64,000 bases of DNA from IMG/VR virus record IMGVR_UViG_3300045988_119033. The stretch is one strand, 5' to 3'. Source of the DNA: a virus. Each line of letters opens with the position of its first letter. The first letter of the stretch is position 1. Under the pieces are notes generated by a model, which worked only from the letters and a program-made list of their open reading frames with translations, searched no databases and was not told where the DNA came from. Both the position numbers and the translations under genes were made by a program. Below, piece by piece: positions 8,195 through 18,600 of this stretch.

Positions 8195-8608
8195 ATGAAA
8201 CAAGTATTATATAAAAATGATATATACCCCTATAATGTAAGGGTATTGCTTGGAGCAGATGAAGAGTATATAGTTAAGACGTTCGCCAACCTGGAAGTAG
8301 AAGATCAGAGCTGGGAGGGGTGGACTGATGATTATGGTGGCAGAACTATTTTCGTAGGAAACCGAACCAATCACAGGAAAGAAATATGTTTCTTATTTCA
8401 TTCGCTGTCTGATATGGATGTTAGAACCATAGGACACGAATGCCTGCACGGTCTTTCTATTTATTGTAAGTATCTTAATATGGATTACGGTTTTGAAGTC
8501 GGAGGAGATGAGCATGCCGCCTGTCTGATGGGATGGTTAGTTGATAAGGTTTGTGGTGCTTACCACAAATTTAAGAAGGAGGAAGAAAAAAATGGCAAAG
8601 AAGACTAA
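8195..8608 (+). CDS. Small HExxH zinc-metallopeptidase-like protein (137 aa)
   Basis: The only recognisable feature is GHECLHG (HExxH). Its own promoter and terminator context lies between rsr and the tail lysin gene. Confidence 0.4.
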   Translation: MKQVLYKNDIYPYNVRVLLGADEEYIVKTFANLEVEDQSWEGWTDDYGGRTIFVGNRTNHRKEICFLFHSLSDMDVRTIGHECLHGLSIYCKYLNMDYGFEVGGDEHAACLMGWLVDKVCGAYHKFKKEEEKNGKED

Positions 8609-10994
8609 AAATTATGTAAGAGACAAACAACCAAAAACATTATGGAGTAAAATTGGTCCGTTTGTAAAACTTAGAGAATATCTGGCATCTAATATAACAC
8701 CTGACGTGTATGCTAATGAAAGAGGATTAAAAACCAAAATAATGGAATTTTTTGGTCAAGATGTTCCGAAAGCCAATGTAGATGATTTTAGTCAGAATCT
8801 TTGGTTTAGATTCTTAAACCAACCAAATAATCTGAAAGAAGAAAATGGGATTGTCAGAATACCAGACAATATCAAATCCATTATATCTGACAGGATAAAT
8901 GGTGGGTGGGAGAAAATGGCTAAAAAATATGGAAGGGAGCTTGATTCCTTAGATAATAAGATAATTGATGGAAAAGTTGCAGGCAAGGACGTATCTGATT
9001 TGGAGGAGTTAAGGGATGTAACAAGTAGGAAACTTGGAATGGTAGAAGAGGGTATAGATCTCTTAAAAAAAGCCAGAACCGGGGAACATCAGGTATTTAA
9101 CGAATATAATTTTATACCGGATGCTTACGGAGATTTAAATGATTTATCAGGCTTATCAAGTTTTACCATGTACCGTGATGATAGAGGTAGGATGGTTGTG
9201 AAAGATAAGTACGATTTTTATAGAAGCGATCAACCTTTTGGTGTTGGGGTTGTTACTAAGACTCTTGATACAATAGGATATCCTTTTGAAATAAGGGATT
9301 ATGTAGAAGATAAAATCCCATACGAAGAGAATGATCCAAACAAGATCCTGTTTAGATCCATTATTGATTCAAAGAATGATTTGGATAAAAGGATGGAGAT
9401 AAGATCCAAAAAACAAGGAGGGGATTCTTCTAAGCCGGAAATAGATTGGGATTTATTCAAATCCAAATATGAAAATATGAAGCGTGTGGGTAAGGGTAAG
9501 CATCGTACTATGGACGTAGAAGGGATGAATATGATCTATGATGCTTTATATGATAAAGGTTTTAATCAACGCCAGATAGAAGCCGTACTTGGAAATATTA
9601 TTGAAGAATCTGGTGGAAACCCCTACGCTGTATCTGAGGATGGAAAATTTAGGGGACTTTTTCAAGAATATTACAAAAGATATCCGCCAAAAGAGTTTGA
9701 AAGAGATAAAGAGAGATTTAAGAGCGATAAGCGTGGATATATCAACTATATGATAGACAGATTTTATGATCATGTTCAAGATGCTGGGAAGTATAGTATA
9801 AAAGATACTAAATACAAAAAAGCTATTCATGCAGTAAACGAATTTATGTCAGAAGATCCAGATACGGATTATTCGTATCCACTTGTATATGCTTTTGAAG
9901 CTCCATCAGATAAAGAAGGAACTTATAAAAACAGAAAGAGCGTATCAAATTTGATAAGTCAATCTTATGTTTTGGATAATGTTGATAAAAATGATAATAC
10001 TATTGTTGATGCTATTCTTGGAATAAAAAATGATCTTGAGCTACAAGACTCTATTTCCACTACAAGAGGTGAAGCCTTTAAAGAAGCCAGGAAAAGAGGT
10101 CTTAAGGAATTTACATGGAATGGAAAGAGATACAATACCAACATCAAGAAGGAAGGTGGCGTAGTTGGCAAGCAGCGTGAAGCATATGAATACTTTACTA
10201 ATAAGCGCGGCATGTCCAAGATACAGGCGCTCGCCATCATAGGTAACCTCATGGCTGAATCTGGCCTTAAAGATGACATATACGGAGACAACAGAACATC
10301 ATACGGCATACAGCAATGGCACAACGAACGCATGGATAAGCTATTCAAGCACGCCAAAAAGAAAGGACATTCTACACCCACATTCAAAGACCAACTTGAG
10401 TTCTTGGCTGACGAATACGAAGGGAAAACCGGATATTCTAATTTCTTATACACAAGAAAAGGAAAAGAAGGACCAGGGTATTACAACTACAGCCGGCAGG
10501 ATTTTATGAACGCCGATAACCTTAAGGATGCTGTAGTAGCTTGGAACCAAGGAGCAGGACGTCCTCATAAGAGTGTTATAAGAAATGATGATCGTTATGA
10601 CTATGCTATGGAAGTTGCTAAAAATCTTGGTTTGGAAATTGAAGAAAATTCCGTATCTTTGTATGGTCAAATGGGATTCGGAGATGATGGAGAAATAGCA
10701 GCATCGGTAACACTTCCAGAGGTAGAAGTGGCAGCCGCCCTCCCTAACCCGGAAGCCCAGTCCCAGGAGAGACAGTCCGAGGAAGAGAGATTCCGTACAT
10801 GGACTGAAACGTATGGTAAAGACATCGTAAATCATTTACTGACGTTAGACGGGAAAAAGGATGGTGATGACAGTGATTACAGCATGATGTATAGACAGCA
10901 TCAAAAAGAAAGCGAAGAGGATAAGAAAATGGCTTTGATTAATGCCGTGCTTCCCAATATACAACTTCGCATTAAAGGCGTCACTGATAATTAG
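8592..10994 (+). CDS. Tail-associated peptidoglycan hydrolase with two phage-tail-lysozyme-like domains
   Basis: Two copies of the GNxxxESG motif: LGNIIEESGGNPY, and IGNLMAESG followed by YGIQQW. The start is revised to the ATG at 8592, which is preceded by the SD-like AAGGAGG at 8576-8582. The track start at 8541 overlaps the previous gene. Confidence 0.6.
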   Translation: MAKKTKNYVRDKQPKTLWSKIGPFVKLREYLASNITPDVYANERGLKTKIMEFFGQDVPKANVDDFSQNLWFRFLNQPNNLKEENGIVRIPDNIKSIISDRINGGWEKMAKKYGRELDSLDNKIIDGKVAGKDVSDLEELRDVTSRKLGMVEEGIDLLKKARTGEHQVFNEYNFIPDAYGDLNDLSGLSSFTMYRDDRGRMVVKDKYDFYRSDQPFGVGVVTKTLDTIGYPFEIRDYVEDKIPYEENDPNKILFRSIIDSKNDLDKRMEIRSKKQGGDSSKPEIDWDLFKSKYENMKRVGKGKHRTMDVEGMNMIYDALYDKGFNQRQIEAVLGNIIEESGGNPYAVSEDGKFRGLFQEYYKRYPPKEFERDKERFKSDKRGYINYMIDRFYDHVQDAGKYSIKDTKYKKAIHAVNEFMSEDPDTDYSYPLVYAFEAPSDKEGTYKNRKSVSNLISQSYVLDNVDKNDNTIVDAILGIKNDLELQDSISTTRGEAFKEARKRGLKEFTWNGKRYNTNIKKEGGVVGKQREAYEYFTNKRGMSKIQALAIIGNLMAESGLKDDIYGDNRTSYGIQQWHNERMDKLFKHAKKKGHSTPTFKDQLEFLADEYEGKTGYSNFLYTRKGKEGPGYYNYSRQDFMNADNLKDAVVAWNQGAGRPHKSVIRNDDRYDYAMEVAKNLGLEIEENSVSLYGQMGFGDDGEIAASVTLPEVEVAAALPNPEAQSQERQSEEERFRTWTETYGKDIVNHLLTLDGKKDGDDSDYSMMYRQHQKESEEDKKMALINAVLPNIQLRIKGVTDN

Positions 10995-11030
10995 AACAAG
11001 ATTGTTTTATTTCTCATATTAATAAAGCGA

Positions 11031-11101
11031 AGCCGGATTTGAGACTCGTTATGCGTATAACGAAGGTTGAAGAACGATATCAAGATAATCCGGCTTTTTT
11101 G
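11031..11101 (+). terminator. Rho-independent terminator with a large structured loop, after the lysin gene
   Basis: AAGCCGGATT at 11031-11040 pairs with AATCCGGCTT at 11088-11097, followed by TTTTT. The loop contains an internal hairpin CGTTAT-GCGT-ATAACG. Confidence 0.55.
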
Positions 11102-11255
11102 TGCGATTTAGTGAAGGATGGAACTATCATCGCCTTGGTTGGACGGAACAGACCTACGTACTTTCACTGTCCTGACGGGCATGGGCGCTCGTCTCGCCTA
11201 CTCCCTGCCTAATTCTCCACTGGCTACCTAATATAACTATTAACGTCACTCCATC

Positions 11256-11280
11256 ACCTATCTCCCTTCAGTCGATAGGT
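11256..11280 (+). repeat. Hairpin 1 of a three-member family with conserved loop TCCCTTCRGTC (C-UUCR-G core) and a variable stem
   Basis: Stem ACCTATC/GATAGGT with loop TCCCTTCAGTC. Confidence 0.5.
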
Positions 11281-11313
11281 TCAGTCGTTTTTAAATATTA
11301 TAAGTTCTTTCGC

Positions 11314-11334
11314 ATCGTTCCCTTCGGTCACGAT
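11314..11334 (+). repeat. Hairpin 2 of the same family
   Basis: Stem ATCGT/ACGAT with loop TCCCTTCGGTC (C-UUCG-G tetraloop core). Confidence 0.5.
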
Positions 11335-11405
11335 ACTCAATCTTTTCACACAATTAGGCAAACAATACAATAGACGGAAAAAGTAATTTGTCAATCCGTT
11401 CACTC

Positions 11406-11430
11406 ACTTAACTCCCTTCGGTCGTTAAGT
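11406..11430 (+). repeat. Hairpin 3 of the same family
   Basis: Stem ACTTAAC/GTTAAGT with loop TCCCTTCGGTC. Confidence 0.5.
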
Positions 11431-11653
11431 TCATTCACTGCAAACAATTATATGAATAAATGGTAAAGTATATAAAATAATATAAATAATATAATGAGTA
11501 AGATCATTGAAAATGGTCTTAATATTAAGGAAAACGGAGACTATTAATAGGCGTAGTTTTAATTCAAGATTTGATGTCCCACCTCTGACGGTCAGTCGGT
11601 TACGTTTCGAGCCGTTCTTTTGTCTCTTATCTAAACCGTCATAAAATAAAAAA

Positions 11654-11688
11654 CCTTGTATCCTATTTCTCTCAAACCGGATACAAGG
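11654..11688 (+). other. 10-bp hairpin CCTTGTATCC/GGATACAAGG (15-nt loop) followed by a T-rich tract; possible terminator at the end of the 660-bp intergenic region
   Basis: Perfect 10-bp inverted repeat. It overlaps the first codons of track ORF 11656, which argues for the downstream ATG as the true start. Confidence 0.4.
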
Positions 11689-11712
11689 CCGTGCATTTTC
11701 TTATTTGAACAT

Positions 11713-12771
11713 ATGATGAAAAATCATATCTTTGCACTAAAGAACATAATTATGGAGACAAAGTTAATCGAAATAATAGATCCTCACAAGTTACACGACG
11801 AACTCTTTAAGAAAGAGCAAGTCTCTCCGATAGAAGTTATTTACAATAGTTTCAGTAATTTAGGGTACAATGTGGTACGCCGCCCAGCTGGTCAATGTTT
11901 AGGAAATTTGAGATATTTTAACCTGTTTTACGATAAGAATACTCATCATTTTTATCAGAAGGATAAGAAGTTGAGATATTGTAGTAATTTTCTGATATCC
12001 GATTATTGGAAAGATAGGGTGAGGTGTTTTATAGTTTGGAATTTTGGTTTTGGGAGATTCTTCCCGTACAATGACTTCATAGAGGCTATGGTCTATGACT
12101 ATCTCCGATATGGGAGGAAGTCAGTTCCTTATCTTAAGAGTGTGCAAGAAGCTGAAGAAAAGTGTGTAAGGTTCTACATTAGATCTCAAATAGATATGCT
12201 TCGTAAGGAAGGATATGCTGCATACCGGGCTAAGTTCAAGGAAGAATGTCCTCAGTATTTTATCGGAGACGATAGGACGGTGTTCAGATGTCTTGACAGC
12301 TCTTTAAAAAGAGAAGAGAAGATTGCCGCATGCGTAGCTCACAAAAGAGCTTTAAAAGAGGTGGTTATAACTTCTTTTATTAACCATCTCAAGAAACATC
12401 CTACCACCTTGTATTCCTGGTTTTCATCAGAGGTAGACAGCGAAGGGAAGAACAGGCTTTGTTTATCTGATAAGGCTGTTTCTTATTTAAACAAAAGATT
12501 GGTTCGCAATGGGTTAAAGGTTCTTTCAGCATCATATCTTTTTAGACTATTTAGGAAAATGGTCAAGAATTTGTTTGGCTCCAATGTTAGGTCGTTCTTG
12601 AATAGCTGTCTGATGTCTGTTTCAACAGAAGAGGTTTTAACCAAATCTATGAAGAAAATAGTTTCCAAGACGGTGCTGTTTTTGTACAAGAGAGTGCTTA
12701 AGAACTATCGTATGGCATGCGGTCTTAAGTACGACCCTGATTCGGGTGGTTTGTCTGCCGTACATGATTGA
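11713..12771 (+). CDS. Hypothetical protein (353 aa from the revised start)
   Basis: Long ORF. The start is moved to the in-frame ATG at 11713 because the annotated start lies inside a stable hairpin. No recognisable domain. Confidence 0.5.
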   Translation: MMKNHIFALKNIIMETKLIEIIDPHKLHDELFKKEQVSPIEVIYNSFSNLGYNVVRRPAGQCLGNLRYFNLFYDKNTHHFYQKDKKLRYCSNFLISDYWKDRVRCFIVWNFGFGRFFPYNDFIEAMVYDYLRYGRKSVPYLKSVQEAEEKCVRFYIRSQIDMLRKEGYAAYRAKFKEECPQYFIGDDRTVFRCLDSSLKREEKIAACVAHKRALKEVVITSFINHLKKHPTTLYSWFSSEVDSEGKNRLCLSDKAVSYLNKRLVRNGLKVLSASYLFRLFRKMVKNLFGSNVRSFLNSCLMSVSTEEVLTKSMKKIVSKTVLFLYKRVLKNYRMACGLKYDPDSGGLSAVHD

Positions 12772-12817
12772 TTTTTAAACGTATCCCATAACGTTGGATT
12801 TTCTCGTTTGTTTCTCT

Positions 12818-12825
12818 TATCTTTG
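12818..12825 (+). promoter_or_regulatory. -7 box TATCTTTG upstream of ORF 12841
   Basis: TAnnTTTG motif 15 nt before the ATG. Confidence 0.35.
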
Positions 12826-12840
12826 TGAAAAAAGATAAGT

Positions 12841-15672
12841 ATGAAATTACGAATCATAAAAAATCGTCCGGTATTCGCTCCTGGTGGTAGTGTTCAGGAT
12901 AAAAAACAGGATATTAATGTATCCTCTACTCAGCCTATTCTTGATTATGGAACACCTGTTAATAAATGGGGTAAATCTGATATTCAGAATATATATATGC
13001 CTTATGATGTGACTTTAGAAGCAGAGGAGGGGGAGATAAATCCATTTAGCAATATGCCTACATCTGATCCATTCTTTGAAAATCATGATGCAGGATATGC
13101 AGGATATCTTGCTGATAATAGGAGCATGGTTAAAAACGTAGAGAAATCAGTTGTTAATAATGCAATGAATGTAGGTGGCTCTGATGCTGATTCTTCTAAA
13201 GAAAAGCGATCACAAGATGGAAATCCTTTGGATCCTATGACTGCTCCTTATTATTCTTCTGATCTTGCTGGTAGGTCCCAGATGTTTGGTGCGAGTTTGG
13301 GAAGAATAAGGGCTGGAAACAAAACCGGTGCTAACATAGCGGAGGCGGCTTTATCCGGTCTTAGTCTTGGGATGGGTCTTACCCGTAATATTATGGGGGC
13401 TTCTTCTGAGGCTTATGCCGCCAGTAGAGACGAACAAGCGGCAAGAGAGAAACTTGCCGAGAATCGCCGTCAGCAGTTTATCCGATGGGAGCGTGAAGGG
13501 GGAGGTATTAATCTTGGAAATGGTCAGAGAATAGATACGTCTGATATGACAGGGGAATATATTTATCCTCTTCCTAAATCTATGGAGGATAATGCCAATG
13601 TTGAGATAGAAAAAGGAGAATATGTTTCGACTCCGGATGATGTTGGCCCTATGGAGGCAAAAGGTAGCAGGCATGAAGACGGCGGCACTCCTGTTGATTT
13701 ACCCGAAGCTCATATTATTTCAGATTACCGTACTATCGATGATGATTTTGCCTCTTACATAAGGGAAAATTATGGCATTAGAGCTACGGAAAAAGATACG
13801 TATGCTACGCTTCTTGATAGGTACAAGAAAAAAATAGGATTGTCTGAAAAGTATGATGATCAGGAACGTGTTTTCAAGAGGTTGGAAAAGAATAAGGATG
13901 TTAAGGATAAAAACACTTCTGAGTTAAATAAGTCCATTCTTTCTAAGTACGTAAATGATAATCAAAAGGAAATAGACGAACTTGAGGCGCAATTCAGGTC
14001 TTTTGCTGACATCGTTTATAACAAGCAAGAGGAATCCAAGCGCCAAGAAAAGATAGATGCTTTCTTTAGAGATGGCGGAAAAGTTGATTTAAATGCTGTG
14101 AGAAAACAAGCTAAGGCTCTTAACGTATCTGAATCTGATGCTAAAAATTGGATATATGATGAGTATGTAAAGAGAGTTAGGAAAATGGCTGAAGGCGGTC
14201 CTACCAAGGAACAGATAGAGTGGGGTAAGAAAGTACAGCAGCTTTTAATGAAGCAGTTTGGACGTACTCTTAATATGTCTATAGTAGATGTTGCGGACAG
14301 AGAGCAGATTCTTAATCCTGATTCTGGTGTAAATTCTAATCAAAATCTGCAACATAGAAGTAGTGCCGGTTATGGTAGGGTAAATAACAAGGCTATTTCT
14401 AATTTGCTTGATATTAACCGTTGGGCTAATAAATACAATACGGATGGTGATTTTAATACAGAAGGATTCCAGACTGGATACAATAGCCAACTAAATAGCC
14501 TATGGGCTTTGGCGGAATCAGGTGCTATAGCCAATGCCGAAAAAGCCAAGAAATTTAGAGACGAATACGGATTTTGGGGAGAAGATGCTGGTAAGTACGA
14601 CCAAGGAAGTAAATCGGCATATAACTCATTTGCCGTAGATGACAAATTTGGACAAACTACGGCAACCAGATCATTTTATGGATTGGATGTAGTTACTCCT
14701 GAACAAAAAAGATTGTTGAACGAAAAAGGAATAAAAAATTATGTTGACTTATTTGGTGATAAATCTGATGCAGCTAAGAAGATTCTGGGTGCCGATTATA
14801 ATAAGTTTGCTGCTTTAAAAGATAGTGGTTTGATGTCGGAAATGGACTTTGTTTTAGAAGCCGTAAACCCAGCATCAAAACCTATAGAAGCTGAACCTGT
14901 AGGAACCGGTTCTAAATCTCCCAACCCAGGTTCTCCGGGCAGGATAGAAGTGAAGGAAGAAAATCCTGTTATTAATACTACTGTAGAAACGGATGTAGAT
15001 GAAGAGGATGATACAAACAGAAGCAAGGGCATGGGCCCTGCTTTATCAGGTCCTATATTCCCTGAGATGTTGAGGATGCTTGATACCGGATTAGAGATAG
15101 AGGGACTGGAAAGGCATCAGGCTCCGAGAATAGACCCGGTTCTGCAATCTGCTGATCAGTATATCAACGAGCTTAACCGTGCGACATCGGCTCAGTTGGA
15201 CGCAATAGGTGACGTGCCCGACTCCCAGCGTTCCGCTATTCTGGCTAATATGAACGCCATAGCTGGAAGCAATATAGCCAAGTACATTAACGAAGTAAAT
15301 TTCAATAACGCAAGGCAAATAAACGAAGCTGATAGATTTAACGAAATGGCTTATGTTCAAACAGATGATAAGAACATAGCGGAAAGGCAACGTTATGAAT
15401 CCGGATTATTGAAGGCTATGGCTATAAGGGATGAAAATCTTGCTCGTTATTATGACAGTATAAACAGCGAGATACAGAATAAGTTTAATGTTAGAACTTC
15501 ATTGAACACCATAGCTTCCATAGCTCCGAATATGAGAATGCTTCCAAGTGGTCAAATTATTTACGTTCAAGGTGATCAGGATGTGATGAATATGGGTGAT
15601 TATTCCACACCTTACTTGAGAAGTTTAAATGAAGAAGATGATGAAACTAAAAGAAGAAGGAGGACCAAATAG
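12841..15672 (+). CDS. Large virion protein (943 aa), function unknown
   Basis: Long ORF in the structural block with Gly/Ala-rich and charged coiled-coil-like segments. Confidence 0.5.
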   Translation: MKLRIIKNRPVFAPGGSVQDKKQDINVSSTQPILDYGTPVNKWGKSDIQNIYMPYDVTLEAEEGEINPFSNMPTSDPFFENHDAGYAGYLADNRSMVKNVEKSVVNNAMNVGGSDADSSKEKRSQDGNPLDPMTAPYYSSDLAGRSQMFGASLGRIRAGNKTGANIAEAALSGLSLGMGLTRNIMGASSEAYAASRDEQAAREKLAENRRQQFIRWEREGGGINLGNGQRIDTSDMTGEYIYPLPKSMEDNANVEIEKGEYVSTPDDVGPMEAKGSRHEDGGTPVDLPEAHIISDYRTIDDDFASYIRENYGIRATEKDTYATLLDRYKKKIGLSEKYDDQERVFKRLEKNKDVKDKNTSELNKSILSKYVNDNQKEIDELEAQFRSFADIVYNKQEESKRQEKIDAFFRDGGKVDLNAVRKQAKALNVSESDAKNWIYDEYVKRVRKMAEGGPTKEQIEWGKKVQQLLMKQFGRTLNMSIVDVADREQILNPDSGVNSNQNLQHRSSAGYGRVNNKAISNLLDINRWANKYNTDGDFNTEGFQTGYNSQLNSLWALAESGAIANAEKAKKFRDEYGFWGEDAGKYDQGSKSAYNSFAVDDKFGQTTATRSFYGLDVVTPEQKRLLNEKGIKNYVDLFGDKSDAAKKILGADYNKFAALKDSGLMSEMDFVLEAVNPASKPIEAEPVGTGSKSPNPGSPGRIEVKEENPVINTTVETDVDEEDDTNRSKGMGPALSGPIFPEMLRMLDTGLEIEGLERHQAPRIDPVLQSADQYINELNRATSAQLDAIGDVPDSQRSAILANMNAIAGSNIAKYINEVNFNNARQINEADRFNEMAYVQTDDKNIAERQRYESGLLKAMAIRDENLARYYDSINSEIQNKFNVRTSLNTIASIAPNMRMLPSGQIIYVQGDQDVMNMGDYSTPYLRSLNEEDDETKRRRRTK

Positions 15673-18600
15673 TGGCTTCACAGTATAGTATTTTAAGGCA
15701 ATATGCCCCGTATGTTAGTCCTTACAACATAGATCTTGTTAAGGACGTTATGATGTACAAACAGCAGAAGGTTGATGCTGCTCGTGAAAAGATCTATACC
15801 CAGGTAGATTATCTTATGGGTCAAGAGATAGATAAGCCTGAAGCCCGCGCTTATATGGAAGATAAGATGTCAGGTGTGATTGCTAACATCAATCAAAAAT
15901 TCAAAGGCGTGGATCTTTCTTCTGATGGTGTTACGAGAGCCATACAAGGAGAGATTAGCTCGGTGTTGGATGATACGGTCATTAACGCGATTGCCGGCAC
16001 AAAAGAAGGCAAGAGAATGCATAAAATTATCTCTGATTTACAAATAAATAATCCAGAACTTTATTCTGCTGCGAATGCTTATGTGGCTTTAAAGCCGTAT
16101 AATGAATGGGTAAATGATGGAAAGGCTGGTTCCCGTCTTGCTCCTCTTCAATATACTCCTTATACTGATTATAATAAGGAATTAAAAGATAGGATAGATT
16201 TTATAAGTAAGCTTCATAAAGGAGCTAAAGTTCAGATTCCTATTCTTGACAAGGATGGTCATCCTACTGGGGCAGTACAAGAAGTAACTAAGGATATGCT
16301 TACTCCTGAACAGATAGCTTCTTTTGCATTGTCAGGGTTATCAGATAAAGCAAGGCAGCAGATGCAGGTGGAGGCTATTTACATGGTAGACTCTAATCCA
16401 TCTTTATATTCGTATAATTCTGTTCTTGGTTTTATGGATAAGCAGATAAGTGATAAGCAGAAGTATGTTGATGCTCTTACCGCCGATCTTTCTGGTTTGG
16501 GTTCTGATCCTGCAAAGAAAGAAATGGTTGAAAATGAAATAAAGAGAGCCAAATCTGAAATAGCTTCCATGAAATCTGAATTTAGTAGAATAGATGAAAG
16601 GACTTATGATCCGTATCTTGGAGCTATGAAGGTTATTGAAAATAATTTTATTAATAATGCTGCTGCTTCATATGCTTATGATAATTCGTCTTTCATAATC
16701 AAAGCCGATGAGCTTTACTGGAAAACCAAAGAATATAATCAGAGGGAAAGATTAGCTAATTTGAATTTCGAAAAATGGAAGATGGAATTTGAATACGAAA
16801 GAAATAAGGATATTGCAGAGTTTGAATATGATAAGAATAAGGATGAAGCCAGATTTGGATTAGACGAAGAACGTCTGAAGATGCAGAATAGGCTTAATGA
16901 AGCCAAAATAGCAAAACTTATGTCTTCTGGTGCAGGAGCGGCAGGCGGCAGAGCTGGAAGCCGAGCCATGCAGGTGGGCGTCGGCATAAATTCTGGTGGA
17001 ACTATTTCAGCTAATCCTATTGAAACGAAAAATATTAGCATATCAGAAGAAACTCATAAGAAGTTTAATAAGGCATACACGGATCTTGTGACATCCGGAA
17101 GTAGATTATCTACGGCGCTTGGCGCTGAAAACATGAAAAATATTCAAGCTGCCATATCAAGAAATATGACGGATGAAACATCAGGATACAAGTATCTTAT
17201 GGATGAAGAAAAACTCCTTAAGTATATAAAGGATAATGGAGGTCTCTCTAATGATATGTTTGATAAGCTACCTATGGCAGAGAGAAAAGCTGCCACAGAC
17301 GCTTATATGCAGCTTAATAGTGCTGTAGACAAGATGGATATAGAGAATGATAGAATTAAGAAGGAGAATAAGATTTATGATAATATTGTATCTGAAATAG
17401 CAAATGCGATCGTGCAGAAGGAAGGAGGTGAACCCGAAGAATATATAGCCTATGCTACGGCGTTATCTCTTAATGATATTTTAAGAAAAAATAGAGGTAC
17501 AGTCGGCGATGTAGAATCTGGAATAAGATATTATGAAAAAGGATTTTCACCTGCTGATGTAGCTACTATAAGAAAGAGGGTGAAAAATGATGGCATTGAT
17601 TTATCTAAAGTATTTGAGAGGGATAGCAAAAGTGGCAGGGATTTCTTAAAAAAATACGATGATGTAAAAAATAGTTTCTCCTCGGATGGTGACGAAAAGG
17701 TGTTTTTTGATGCACTGTATTCTATTAGCGGAATGGAGGGCGTTGGAGATTATGCGGTAAGTGATATTAATATAGCTAATCAAATAACTAAGGTTCAGGA
17801 TGATGGTATAAATGAGATACGTAAAGAATATCTCGAATTGTATTCTCCTAACACAGTAACATATTCAACTAAATTAACCTCTAAGGAGGCTGGTTATAGA
17901 GAGATGGGTGTTCTCAGGGATCTATTTACTAAAAAAATGGCAGAGCATCCTGTTGGTAAATCTAAATCATCATCGGCAACTATTGAATCATTTTCTTTGA
18001 CAGAATCGGGAATAGCCGACAATGGAGAGAAGACTTACAGTTTGGTTGCTAATCATACTGGTGAAAGAGAGGAAATAGATATTGTTGAGGTATCTGAAAC
18101 AGAGTTGATAAATAATGGCATAGATCCTGGTATTAATACTCCTTCCGTCGATATAGGTGGATATGAAAGTGGTATTATAAGACCTACATTTGGAAGTGAT
18201 ACCAATATGTGGTATCCGAAGATGCTTGAAAATTCAGATATATCACCCGCTTATGCTTCTGTATCTTCAATGATGAAAGTGTTATCAGATATGATAAATG
18301 AATCTGGTAATAATTTAGATGATATGCCAGAACAAAAGGTTTGGCTTCTTAATGCAGCTAAAGATATATTGGATAACAGTGGAAAGCTTGGTGTAAAGGT
18401 TGAAGGTTATGATCCTAAGACAAGTTACGGTTATGGATATGAGACAAGGCTTTATCTTATGGAGAATGGTAAACCTGAGTTAATAGATTCGTTTGATACT
18501 CCTAATGTATGGTTTGCGGATAATGTGTCTAAAGAACTTGCTGTTGCGCCTCAGAAAAAAATAGTTGATTTTGTTGTGGCAGCCATAACAGAAGAGATTA

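Noticed and set aside
11256-11430. Possible CRISPR array suggested by three similar hairpin repeats
   Set aside because: Only three copies. The conserved part is the loop while the stems differ, the spacing is irregular (58 and 92 nt), and there are no cas genes. It does not fit a CRISPR repeat-spacer structure.
11656-11712. Annotated ATG start of track ORF 11656
   Set aside because: The first 10 codons lie inside a perfect 10-bp hairpin and lack homology or a promoter context. The in-frame ATG at 11713 behind the hairpin and T-tract is more plausible.
12841-15672. Possible M23 (LytM) peptidase motif HEDGGTPV in the 943-aa protein
   Set aside because: The spacing does not match the canonical HxGxD...GTPV...HxH arrangement. 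A single short match is insufficient to call a peptidase domain.
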